From assembly GCA_009379955.1 (NCBI GenBank), contig WHST01000006.1, positions 3,163-67,162 of the forward strand: DNA of 64,000 nucleotides. Direction: 5' to 3'. Origin of the DNA: Streptosporangiales bacterium. Lineage in GTDB: Bacteria > Actinomycetota > Actinomycetes > Streptosporangiales > WHST01. Under the pieces are notes generated by a model. The model made no database searches, had not been told where the DNA came from, and worked only from the letters and a program-made list of their open reading frames with translations. Positions 55,653 through 64,000 of the stretch are shown one piece after another; within the stretch, counting starts at the first letter, position 1; each line of letters starts with the position of its first letter. A program made the position numbers and the translations under genes.

Positions 55653-56279
55653 GTGGGACGCAGACCCGACCGCGCACTCAGCCGCGAGAGCATCGCGCGC
55701 ACGGCGCTGGCGATCTTCGATGGTGACGGCGGCGCCGCCGTCACCGTCAGGAACATCGCCGCCAGGCTCGGGGTGCAGTCGCCTTCCCTGTACAACCACG
55801 TCGCTTCCAAGGACGAGATCCTGGACGCGGTCACCGAGCTGATCGACCAGCAGATCGACCACTCCCCTCTGGACGACCCCGACTGGCGCCGAGGGCTCGC
55901 CGCGTTCGCCCGTTCGTACCGGCACGCGTTCAGGCAGCACCCGGAGGCGCTCGCCGTCATCGCCAGGCGCGCCGTCGAGACCGACGCCGCGTTGAGCGCG
56001 TACGACGCCGCGCTCGCGGCGCTGCAGCGCGCCGGCTGGAGCCCGGCTGCAGCACTCCGGGTGTTCGCGGCGCTGGAGTACCTGGTGCTGGGATCCGCGC
56101 TGGTGCCGTTCACGAGCGGCTTCGTCAGGCAGCCGGCCGAGTACGCAGGGCAGTTCCCCGCGCTGGCTCGGTCGCTCGCCGGCACCGACCTGGACACGGT
56201 GGACGATGCCGGCTTCGAGTTCGGCCTCGAGCTGATCCTCGACGGGCTCGCCAGGGACCCGACACGGAGCTGCATCTGA
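55653..56279 (+). CDS. TetR family transcriptional regulator
   Basis: Part of ORF 55626..56279. GTG 55653 lies 7 nt after AGGAGGA. The HTH region reads ESIARTALAIFDGDGGAAVTVRNIAARLGVQSPSLYNHV. Confidence 0.8.
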   Translation: MGRRPDRALSRESIARTALAIFDGDGGAAVTVRNIAARLGVQSPSLYNHVASKDEILDAVTELIDQQIDHSPLDDPDWRRGLAAFARSYRHAFRQHPEALAVIARRAVETDAALSAYDAALAALQRAGWSPAAALRVFAALEYLVLGSALVPFTSGFVRQPAEYAGQFPALARSLAGTDLDTVDDAGFEFGLELILDGLARDPTRSCI

Positions 56280-56404
56280 TGACTGACTCTTGCGTTCGTT
56301 GAGCCGGCGCGGGACCAGGCACCGACGCAGACCTTCGGCATGCTGGGCTCGACACCCTCGTAGCGTCTGTTGAATGGCCGCTCTCACTCCGCACGAGATC
56401 GCCG

Positions 56405-56989
56405 ATGCTTGACCCGCGTTTCGTGTTCCTCGGCGCCGCGATCGGGCTCGTCGGCAGCGTCCGGTACGCAGTTGCCACGGTTCGAGGTCGCGCCGAGCCG
56501 AACCGGGTCACCTGGTTCCTGTGGGCGGCCGCGCCACTCATCGGTTTCTTCGCCCAACTCGATAGCGACGTCGGCCTGCCGTCGGTACTGACGCTCTCAG
56601 CCGGTCTCGGGCCGCTCGTTGTCTTGCTCGCTTCATTCATCAACCGACGCAGCACCGCTCGGGTCTCTGTCTTCGATCTCGCATGTGGCATCGTTTCGGG
56701 GACCGCCATTGTCGTCTGGCTCGCCGTCGGAGATGCTCCCCTGGCCGTCCTGTTCGCCGTGGCCGCCGACGCGGTCGGTGCTGTCCCAACGGTTCGCAAG
56801 GCTTGGCGCGACCCTGACTCCGAGAACGCCATCTTCTACGTCCTCGTCGGTGTCAACGCGAGCATCACCATGTTGACCCTCGTCCACTGGAGGCCGGAGA
56901 CCTGGGCCTTCGCCGCCTACATGCTTACGATCAGTCTCACCCTGACAACGATCATCGGCCTGCGCCGCGCACGGCACCGCCACCGATAG
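56405..56989 (+). CDS. hypothetical polytopic membrane protein with atypical (T-ending) codon usage
   Basis: 194-aa ORF with about 6 TM helices. Third-codon GC is visibly lower than in neighbouring genes. Confidence 0.55.
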   Translation: MLDPRFVFLGAAIGLVGSVRYAVATVRGRAEPNRVTWFLWAAAPLIGFFAQLDSDVGLPSVLTLSAGLGPLVVLLASFINRRSTARVSVFDLACGIVSGTAIVVWLAVGDAPLAVLFAVAADAVGAVPTVRKAWRDPDSENAIFYVLVGVNASITMLTLVHWRPETWAFAAYMLTISLTLTTIIGLRRARHRHR

Positions 56990-57149
56990 AGCACCACGAA
57001 TCGCGCCGCGCGATCGGCGACGTCGACATCGAGGCTCGCGGCGGCACGTCGCCATGGTGGTACGCGGCCGGCGGCCTGCTGCTCCTGGCCCGGTGGCGGT
57101 ACTGGTGCTCCTCGCGACGCGACGCCGCCGCGCCCGACCACCCGTCGCG

Positions 57150-57998
57150 TCAGGCGTCGGCGCGCTGGCGCAGGCGGCCACGCAGCCATGCCGCGGGCGC
57201 GACTCTGGGCAGCGCGCGGGTGAGCGGACGGCTCAGCGCCCGCGCGATCGCGGCGGCGACGAGCGCGACGCCGCAGGCCGACAGGATCCCCAGTGGGCCC
57301 GCGGTCGCCGCGACGACGAAGACGAACGTGCCGCCGCACCACATGCCGGCGAGCATGCTCTCGATCAGCTGGACCGACGCCACCGAGCCCATCGACCGCT
57401 GGGTGAAGGCAGCGAGTACCAGGTTCACGGTCGGGAAGGTGACGAGGGCACCGGCGACGTGCGGTCCGAACGGACCCGACACCGACGTCGCCACGACGAC
57501 GCAGGCGGTCGCCGCCCCCGTACGGACGAGGACGTCGCGCACCCAGCCGCGGGCCGGGTCCGCCGCCGACCCGGCCTGCCGCGGCGCGCGGGGCCACAGC
57601 GCCAGCGCACCGGCGAGGACCAGCCCGAGCAGCGGCACCACCACCCACAGCGGTGCGTGCAGCGCGACCATCGTGCCGCTCGCCACGACCGCGACGCCCG
57701 CGGCGACCGCGGTGGCGGCCGGCCAGCGACGCTTCCGCGCCACGTACGCGTAGGCGGCACAGCACGCGACCACCGTGGTCTGCCCGACGATGATCCCGGC
57801 GGCCGTCGACCGCGCGATCCACGGACCCTGCTGCAGGCCGACGAGCAGCAGGAACGGCAACGAGGTGAGCGGGAGGCCCAGCAGCCAGCCGGTGGCCCTG
57901 GGCCCGCAACGGATCTGGACGGTGCTGGTGAGGGCGACGATGACGGCGGTCAGGACGACACGGACGAGGAGGAGTTCCACGTACCATGACTCTTCCAT
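57150..57998 (-). CDS. hypothetical polytopic membrane protein
   Basis: 282-aa ORF with about 8 hydrophobic helices. It is divergent from an Lrp/AsnC regulator. Confidence 0.55.
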   Translation of the reverse strand: MEESWYVELLLVRVVLTAVIVALTSTVQIRCGPRATGWLLGLPLTSLPFLLLVGLQQGPWIARSTAAGIIVGQTTVVACCAAYAYVARKRRWPAATAVAAGVAVVASGTMVALHAPLWVVVPLLGLVLAGALALWPRAPRQAGSAADPARGWVRDVLVRTGAATACVVVATSVSGPFGPHVAGALVTFPTVNLVLAAFTQRSMGSVASVQLIESMLAGMWCGGTFVFVVAATAGPLGILSACGVALVAAAIARALSRPLTRALPRVAPAAWLRGRLRQRADA

Positions 57999-58099
57999 GA
58001 CCTTCGCCTAGTTTGGGTCGGGATTCGGGCGCATGGTCGACTGAAGACCGCGCTATGCTCGGTATTCCAGCAGATCCACCGCGAATGTCTCGAGGAGTC

Positions 58100-58564
58100 A
58101 TGGACGACATCGACCGCGAGCTGCTCGGGCTGCTCCTGGCGGACGGGCGCGCGACCTACCAGGAGCTCGCCGCGAAGGTCCGCCTGTCCGCGAACACCAC
58201 GGCCGAACGCGTCCGGCGGCTGCGCCGCTCGGGCGTCATCAGCGGCTACCACGCCGAGCTCGACCTCGCCGCCCTCGACCGCTCGCTCGTCATGATCACC
58301 GACATCAGGCTTCGCGACGACGTCCTGAGCGAGGAGTTCCAGCGAGGGCTGACTCGTGTCCCGCAGGTCATCGCCGCGGCGCACACCACCGGTGAGTACG
58401 ACTACCAGTTGCGCATCGCCTGCCGCGACGCCGCGGAGTTCGAGCGGGTCGCCGACCAGCTCAAGCGCCACCACGGCGTGCGCGAGTCACGCAGCCGCCT
58501 GCTGCTGCGTGAGCTGCCCCTCGGCGTCGACCGGGTGCTCGGACTCAACTCCGTCGACCGCTGA
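58100..58564 (+). CDS. Lrp/AsnC family transcriptional regulator
   Basis: ATG 58100 follows GAGGAG. Sequence reads MDDIDRELLGLLLADGRATYQELAAKVRLSANTTAERVRRL. Confidence 0.85.
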   Translation: MDDIDRELLGLLLADGRATYQELAAKVRLSANTTAERVRRLRRSGVISGYHAELDLAALDRSLVMITDIRLRDDVLSEEFQRGLTRVPQVIAAAHTTGEYDYQLRIACRDAAEFERVADQLKRHHGVRESRSRLLLRELPLGVDRVLGLNSVDR

Positions 58565-58576
58565 GCGACCGGCGGA

Positions 58577-60655
58577 TCAGACGTCGATGCGTGCGCGGTC
58601 GAGCTCGTAGGCGCCCGCGACGATGAACTCGCGACGCGGGGCGACCTCGTTGCCCATCAGCAGCGAGAAGACCTCGTCGGCGGCCGCGGTGTCCTCGACC
58701 TGCACCCGCCGCAGCATGCGGTGCCGCGGGTCCATCGTGGTCTCCGACAGCTGGTCGGCGTCCATCTCGCCGAGGCCCTTGTAGCGCTGGATGGGCTCCT
58801 TCCAGCGGCGGTTCTTCTTCTTGAGCTCGGCCAGCCTGCGGTTCAACTCCGCGTCGGAGTACGTGTAGACGTACTTGTCCTCGCCCTTCTTCGGGCTGGT
58901 GAGCTCGATCCGATGCAGCGGCGGCACGGCCGAGAACACCCGGCCCGCGGACACCAGCGGGGCCATGTACCTGTACAGCAGGGTCAGCAGCAGGGTGCGG
59001 ATGTGCGAGCCGTCGACGTCGGCGTCGCTCATCAGGATCACCCGGCCGTAGCGCGCGGCGTCGAGCTCGAACGTGCGGCCCGAGCCGGCGCCGAGCACCT
59101 GGATGATCGCGGCGCACTCGGCGTTCTTCAGCATGTCGGACATGCTGGCCTTCTGCACGTTCAGGATCTTGCCCCTGATCGGCAGCAGGGCCTGGAACTC
59201 GGAGTTGCGCGCGAGCTTGGCGGTGCCGAGCGCGGAGTCACCCTCGACGATGAACAGCTCGGTGCGGTCGACGTCGGTCGACCGGCAGTCGACGAGCTTC
59301 GCCGGCAGGGCCGAGCTCTCCAGCGCGTTCTTGCGCCGCTGGTTCTCCCGGTGGACGCGGGCGGCGATCCTCGTGCGCGACGCCGACGCGACCTTGTCGA
59401 GGACCGCCTTCGCCTGTGCCTTCTGCCCGCGCTTCGGCGCGACGAAGAACTGCTTGAGCTCCCTGCCCACGACATTGGCCACCACGCGGCTGACGGCGGG
59501 GGTGCCGAGGACCTCCTTCGTCTGCCCCTCGAACTGCGGCTCGGGCAGCCGCACGGTGACGACCGCGGTCAGTCCCTCGAGGATGTCGTCCTTCTGCACG
59601 GCGTCCTCGGACGCGCGCAGCACCTTGGCCGCCCGCAACTGCTCGTTGACGGTCTTGGTGAGCGCACGGTCGAAGCCCTGGAGGTGGGTGCCGCCCTTGG
59701 GTGTCGCCACGATGTTGACGAACGAGCGCACGCAGGTGTCGTAGCCGACGCCCCAGCGCAAGGCGACGTCGACGGTCACCTCGCGCTCGACGTCCTGCGG
59801 GCTCATGTGCCCCTTGTCGTCGAGGACGGGCACGGTCTCGGTGAAGTGACCCATGCCGGACAGCCGCAGCGTGTCGCAGACGCGTTCGTCGCCCGCGAGG
59901 TACTCGCAGTACTCCGCGATACCACCGTCGTGCCGGAACGTCTCCTCGACCGGCTCGGTTCCACGCTCGTCGCGCAGCGTCAGCGTGAGACCGGGCACGA
60001 GGTACGACGTCTGGCGCAGCCTCGTCGACAGGTCGTCGAGGATGACCTCGGAGCCCTTGACGAACACCTGGTGGTCGAACCACCAGCGCACCCGGGTGCC
60101 GGTGGTCTTGCGCGACACCTTGCCCGCCGTCCGCAGGCCCGACCTGGGCGCGAACCCCGCGTCGGGTCCCGGGCCGTCGAACACGCCGGGCACGCCGCGG
60201 TGGAAGCTCAGCGCGTGCGTCCGGCCGCTGCGGTCGACCTCGACGTCGAGGCGCGAGGACAGCGCGTTGACGACCGACGCGCCCACGCCGTGCAGGCCGC
60301 CGGTCGCGGTGTACGAGCCGCCGCCGAACTTGCCGCCGGCGTGGAGGCGGGTGTAGACGAGCTCGAGGCCGGGCAGTTTGGTGCGCGGCTCGATGTCGAC
60401 GGGGATGCCGCGACCGTCGTCGCGCACCTCGATCGACTGGTCGGCATGGAGGACGACGTCGACGCGCGAGCACACGCCCGTCAGCGCCTCGTCGACCGAG
60501 TTGTCGATGATCTCCCACAGGCAGTGCATCAGGCCCCGACCGTCGGTGGAGCCGATGTACATGCCGGGGCGCTTCCGGACCGCCTCGAGGCCCTCGAGCA
60601 CAGAGAGGTGCCGGGCCGTGTACCCGTGGCCACTTTCCTGTGGCAACGCGCTCAC
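58577..60655 (-). CDS. parE: type IIA topoisomerase subunit B (topoisomerase IV ParE-like / GyrB paralogue)
   Basis: Part of ORF 58577..60835. GTG 60655 lies 9 nt after GGGAGG. GHKL ATPase: LEGLEAVRKRPGMYIGST and EIIDNSVDEA. Toprim: ELFIVEGDSALGTAK and LPIRGKILNV. Confidence 0.9.
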   Translation of the reverse strand: MSALPQESGHGYTARHLSVLEGLEAVRKRPGMYIGSTDGRGLMHCLWEIIDNSVDEALTGVCSRVDVVLHADQSIEVRDDGRGIPVDIEPRTKLPGLELVYTRLHAGGKFGGGSYTATGGLHGVGASVVNALSSRLDVEVDRSGRTHALSFHRGVPGVFDGPGPDAGFAPRSGLRTAGKVSRKTTGTRVRWWFDHQVFVKGSEVILDDLSTRLRQTSYLVPGLTLTLRDERGTEPVEETFRHDGGIAEYCEYLAGDERVCDTLRLSGMGHFTETVPVLDDKGHMSPQDVEREVTVDVALRWGVGYDTCVRSFVNIVATPKGGTHLQGFDRALTKTVNEQLRAAKVLRASEDAVQKDDILEGLTAVVTVRLPEPQFEGQTKEVLGTPAVSRVVANVVGRELKQFFVAPKRGQKAQAKAVLDKVASASRTRIAARVHRENQRRKNALESSALPAKLVDCRSTDVDRTELFIVEGDSALGTAKLARNSEFQALLPIRGKILNVQKASMSDMLKNAECAAIIQVLGAGSGRTFELDAARYGRVILMSDADVDGSHIRTLLLTLLYRYMAPLVSAGRVFSAVPPLHRIELTSPKKGEDKYVYTYSDAELNRRLAELKKKNRRWKEPIQRYKGLGEMDADQLSETTMDPRHRMLRRVQVEDTAAADEVFSLLMGNEVAPRREFIVAGAYELDRARIDV

Positions 60656-60853
60656 GCTTCGCAACCTCCCTCGATCAATCCGGTACCGGCAGGGTAGCGT
60701 CACAGCTCGGTGGGTCAGTGTCGCCTCGCCGCACCGCCAGGAACCGACCCGGATCCCGTGGCGTCGGTCATACCCGGGAACGAATCCCTGTGATGGGATG
60801 TTGGAACCGGTGATGGCAAACGCAAGCAGGGACACCAGTGCAAGGGGGACCGC

Positions 60854-61054
60854 GTGACCACGACTCTCCTCCAGAACTCACTCACCGCCGCCGAGCGCTG
60901 TGACAGGTGCGGCGCCCAGGCGTACGTCCGAGTGGTTCTCGAGAACGGCGGCGAGCTCCTCTTCTGCGGCCACCACGCGAAGCAGTACGAGGACGCACTC
61001 CGCAAGGTCGCGATCGAATTCCAGGACGAACGCGAGCGGATCACCGAGAGTTAG
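60854..61054 (+). CDS. 66-aa conserved-looking small protein with CxxC ... CGHH motif
   Basis: ORF reading MTTTLLQNSLTAAERCDRCGAQAYVRVVLENGGELLFCGHHAKQYEDAL... with GC3-rich codons. Confidence 0.62.
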   Translation: MTTTLLQNSLTAAERCDRCGAQAYVRVVLENGGELLFCGHHAKQYEDALRKVAIEFQDERERITES

Positions 61055-61063
61055 ACCGCCGCT

Positions 61064-61120
61064 CCATAGCGAGATCGTCAGGGTGGGAGTCCATTGGGGA
61101 TTCCCACCCTTTCGCTATGG
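61064..61120 (+). terminator. compound two-tier hairpin immediately after the 66-aa gene
   Basis: The outer stem is CCATAGCGA/TCGCTATGG (61064-61072 / 61112-61120). The inner stem is AGGGTGGGA/TCCCACCCT (61080-61088 / 61102-61110). No U-tract follows. Confidence 0.45.
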
Positions 61121-61261
61121 GTGCGTGTCCGGATCCCACAACGTGGGCCCGATCGACCGGTGGGTCTACCCAACGTAGCGGGTACAGTGCATTCTGGTAC
61201 CGCTCGGGAGGAGTTGGACGCAGCACCAGTCGACGGAGCATCACCAGGGGGGAGCCTGACG

Positions 61262-61507
61262 ATGACCGAGGAACAGGGTCGGGGGACTCAGCCGCCGGAG
61301 CACGGCCGGCCCGATGCCGAGGCGGACGACGCCGACACCGGGCACACGGCGAGAGACGTACCGGGCGCGGAGCGCTCCCGCAGACGGCGGTCGAACGAGG
61401 CGCCCTTCGAGAAGGACGGCAGGTGCTCCCGCTGCGGCGGCCGCTGGCCGTGCCTGCACTGCCTCACCAGCACGCCCCCCTACGTGCGGGTGATGAACAA
61501 CCTCTGA
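61262..61507 (+). CDS. hypothetical 81-aa Cys-rich protein (weak call)
   Basis: Internal ATG of ORF 61094..61507, preceded by GGGGGGAG. The C-terminus has CSRCGGRWPCLHC. It is convergent with the principal sigma factor gene. Confidence 0.35.
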   Translation: MTEEQGRGTQPPEHGRPDAEADDADTGHTARDVPGAERSRRRRSNEAPFEKDGRCSRCGGRWPCLHCLTSTPPYVRVMNNL

Positions 61508-61564
61508 GGCGTCTCGCGCACCGACCACCCGAGCACGGCGGTCCCCCGGCCGCGTCGCGTCCGA

Positions 61565-62965
61565 TCAGTCGAGGTAGTCGCGCAGCACCTGCGAGCGCGA
61601 CGGGTGCCGCAGCTTCGACATGGTCTTCGACTCGATCTGCCTGATCCGCTCGCGGGTGACGCCGTAGACCTTGCCGATCTCGTCGAGGGTCTTGGGCTGG
61701 CCGTCGGTGAGGCCGAAGCGCATCGACACCACGCCCGCCTCCCGCTCCGACAGCGTGTCGAGCACCGAGTGCAGCTGCTCCTGGAGCAGCGTGTGGCTCA
61801 CCGCCTCGGCGGGCTGCACGGCCTCGGAGTCCTCGATCAGGTCACCGAACTCGCTGTCGCCGTCCTCACCGAGCGGGGTGTGCAGCGAGATCGGCTCGCG
61901 GCCGTACTTCTGCACCTCGACGACCTTCTCCGGGGTCATGTCGAGCTCGATCGCCAGCTCTTCCGGGCTCGGCTCGCGACCGAGGTCCTGCAGCATCTGC
62001 CGCTGGACACGTGCCAGCTTGTTGATGACCTCGACCATGTGCACCGGGATGCGGATGGTGCGTGCCTGGTCGGCCATGGCCCGGGTGATGGCCTGCCTGA
62101 TCCACCACGTGGCGTACGTCGAGAACTTGTAGCCCTTGGTGTAGTCGAACTTCTCGACCGCCCTGATCAGGCCGAGGTTGCCCTCCTGGATCAGGTCGAG
62201 GAAGAGCATGCCGCGACCGGTGTAGCGCTTGGCGAGCGACACCACCAGCCGCAGGTTGGCCTCGAGGAGGTGGTTCTTCGCCCGATGGCCGTCCTCGGCG
62301 ATCCACTCCATCTCGCGGCGCGGCTTCGCGGTGAGGCGGCCGTCCGCGCCCAGCTTCTCCTCGGCGAACAGGCCCGCCTCGATGCGCTTGGCGAGCTCGA
62401 CCTCCTGCTCGGCGTTGAGCAGGGAGACCTTGCCGATCTGCTTGAGGTAGTCCTTGACCGGGTCGGCCGTCGCACCCGCGACGACGACCTGCGCCGCCGG
62501 TGCGTCGTCGTCGGTGTCGCTCAGGACGAAGGAGTCCTCGCCCTCGCCCGCCTTCGGGTCGGCGCGCTTGGCCTTGGGTGCGTCGACGACCGACTCGTCG
62601 TCGGTGGCGTCGTCGGCCTCGACCTCGGCGGGGGCGTCGTCGGTCGCTTCGGCGTTCGCGTCGTCACCGCTGAGCTCGACGTCGTCTGTCGGCTCGCCGT
62701 CGTCGAGATCGGTCGCATCGGGCTCCTCGGCCGAGTCGTCGGTGCCCTTGGCCGCCTTCGTCGTGTCCTTCGTCTTCTTGCCCTTCGACTGGCCGCGTAC
62801 TGACCCTTCCCCCGTGGGCTTCGTGCCGGCCTTCGACCTGCCGTTGGACGCGCCGTTCGCCTTCGCCCGCGGCGTGGCGGCCGCCGGCTTCGTCGCGGAC
62901 TCGGACTCCTCTGCCTGCGTGGACGCCGTGGCCGTGCGCTTCGATGTGGACGCGGCGCTTGGCAT
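61565..62965 (-). CDS. rpoD: principal (group 1) RNA polymerase sigma factor, SigA/HrdB/RpoD
   Basis: Internal ATG of ORF 61565..63118, preceded by GAGGAGGAAG. It has a Lys/Asp/Glu-rich N-terminal extension. Conserved regions: [70 protein letters not shown] and [30 protein letters not shown]. Confidence 0.95.
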   Translation of the reverse strand: MPSAASTSKRTATASTQAEESESATKPAAATPRAKANGASNGRSKAGTKPTGEGSVRGQSKGKKTKDTTKAAKGTDDSAEEPDATDLDDGEPTDDVELSGDDANAEATDDAPAEVEADDATDDESVVDAPKAKRADPKAGEGEDSFVLSDTDDDAPAAQVVVAGATADPVKDYLKQIGKVSLLNAEQEVELAKRIEAGLFAEEKLGADGRLTAKPRREMEWIAEDGHRAKNHLLEANLRLVVSLAKRYTGRGMLFLDLIQEGNLGLIRAVEKFDYTKGYKFSTYATWWIRQAITRAMADQARTIRIPVHMVEVINKLARVQRQMLQDLGREPSPEELAIELDMTPEKVVEVQKYGREPISLHTPLGEDGDSEFGDLIEDSEAVQPAEAVSHTLLQEQLHSVLDTLSEREAGVVSMRFGLTDGQPKTLDEIGKVYGVTRERIRQIESKTMSKLRHPSRSQVLRDYLD

Positions 62966-63211
62966 GGTGGTCACTTCCTCCTCATTGGCGGCATGGGCGC
63001 CCGCACAGGTGAGCCCCCTGAGCGGGTGACGATCGCCCAGTCGCCCTGGGCAAGGCAGGCCTCTGAGAGGCAAGAGCAGGCCGCACTGGGCGCTGCACAT
63101 AGATCTCCATTGTGTCACGCCCTCTCCAGGACCGGGGGGTGCGGGGGAACACGAACCGGGCGATCGAAGTCACCAGCGGACTCCCCGATCACCTCCCCCG
63201 TCGTGCCTCGA

Positions 63212-63814
63212 TCAGCCCTCCGGGCCTTTCGCTGCAGACGCGGCGCGCTTCTGCTCCTTCTTGTGCTCGCGGACGGCCGCGAGCGAGGCCTCGTCACGGA
63301 TGTCCGCGACGGACCGGTGGACACCGTCCTCGCCGTACGGCCCGGCGGCCTCGCGCCAGCCCTCCGGCCGGACGTCGAGCTGCTTGCCGAGCAGAGCGGC
63401 GAAGATCTGTGCCTTCTGCTTGCCGAAGCCGGGCAGGGCGGTGAGACGCTTCTGCAGGTCGCGCCCCGACTCGGCCGAGGTCCACACCGCGGACGCGTCG
63501 CCGTCGTACTGCTCGACGAGGAACGTGCACAGCTGCTGGATGCGCTTCGCCATCGAGCCGGGGAAGCGGTGGATCGCGGGCGTGGTCGACGCCAGGCTCG
63601 CGAACTTGTCCGGATCGTAGGTGGCGATCTCGGCGGCGTCGAGCCGGTCTCCGCCGAGTCGTTCGGCGAGGATCCGCGGAGCACCGAACGCCCACTCCAT
63701 GGGCACCTGCTGATCGAGCAGCATGCCCACGAGGAGCGCGAGTGGATCGCGGGAGAGCAGCGCGTCTGCGGCGGAGTCCTGTGCGAGGTGCAGGTCATAC
63801 GTCCCACGAGCCAT
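63212..63814 (-). CDS. HhH-GPD-type base-excision DNA repair family protein
   Basis: Part of ORF 63212..63853, with internal start MARGTYDLHLAQD. The helix-hairpin-helix context reads LTALPGFGKQKAQIFAALLG. Confidence 0.75.
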   Translation of the reverse strand: MARGTYDLHLAQDSAADALLSRDPLALLVGMLLDQQVPMEWAFGAPRILAERLGGDRLDAAEIATYDPDKFASLASTTPAIHRFPGSMAKRIQQLCTFLVEQYDGDASAVWTSAESGRDLQKRLTALPGFGKQKAQIFAALLGKQLDVRPEGWREAAGPYGEDGVHRSVADIRDEASLAAVREHKKEQKRAASAAKGPEG

Positions 63815-64000
63815 GGAACCAGCTTCCCACGTCGGCGGCGTCGTGACGAGCATCCCCGCGAGATTGGAGCGCGCGAGCCGACGAGTGAATGTGACGAATC
63901 GGTGAGCAAAGTCCCGGCAGCCTTCCCATCCATGCGAACGCGCGCTCGAATGGGGGTATGCGGGAACACGAGGACCGGGGCACGCCGGTCGGGCGCCGGG

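Noticed and set aside
1-64000. Search for CRISPR arrays, cas genes, tRNA/rRNA genes, transposases, integrases and att-like flanking repeats around the S8-ECF-CHAT block
   Set aside because: I saw no regularly spaced direct repeats, no T-loop-like GGTTCGAATCC contexts outside coding frames, and no DDE or tyrosine-recombinase-like ORFs. Absence was judged by eye only and should be confirmed with tRNAscan-SE, Infernal, CRISPRCasFinder and ISEScan.
63854-64000. Possible start of a plus-strand gene at ATG 63958 (MREHEDRGTPVGRR...) at the right edge
   Set aside because: Only about 14 codons are visible, which is too short to support a call.

Overview
This is a 64-kb slice of a very GC-rich actinobacterial chromosome. 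GC content was judged by eye, and I cannot name the organism. I support about 60 protein-coding genes, 3-5 disrupted genes or gene fragments, several hairpin terminators and a few operator-like palindromes. By eye I found no rRNA, tRNA, CRISPR array, cas gene, transposase or integrase.

The backbone is a conserved actinobacterial housekeeping block. From left to right it holds acnA (running off the left edge), an APC permease with an RNA methyltransferase, trkA-trkA, DUF3159, an OB-fold protein, DUF3710, dut, DUF3093, DUF4235, DUF4193, an S9 peptidase, ferrochelatase, sepH, a ydbS/ydbT-like PH-domain pair, DUF2752 with two DUF4190 genes, rhodanese, an AP-family protein, DUF5998, a rhomboid with a helicase, topoisomerase IV-like parC and parE, and the principal sigma factor.

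The accessory parts are:
- **21.0-26.2 kb:** a tight S8 protease / ECF sigma / coupled 150-aa protein / TPR-CHAT protease operon, preceded by a hairpin-dense 420-bp leader. This is my top candidate for an undescribed system. It pairs a TPR-CHAT caspase-like protease with an ECF sigma factor, as in type III-E CRISPR Craspase loci, but has no CRISPR-Cas and adds a second, cytoplasmic protease.
- **37.4-40.9 kb:** a rhomboid protease gene overlapping an SF2 helicase that carries an internal transmembrane hairpin.
- **32.0-36.3 kb:** a two-component system divergent from a polytopic-membrane::GT4 glycosyltransferase fusion.
- **43.6-47.9 kb:** a LacI-controlled sugar ABC operon.
- **48.5-53.9 kb:** a decaying stretch with frameshifted or truncated genes.

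Limits: all calls rest on reading the sequence and the supplied ORF track. Family names come from memory of motifs, not from searches. Start codons are best guesses. Because of the GC content, most long ORFs in the track are antisense or alternate-frame shadows, and I rejected them.
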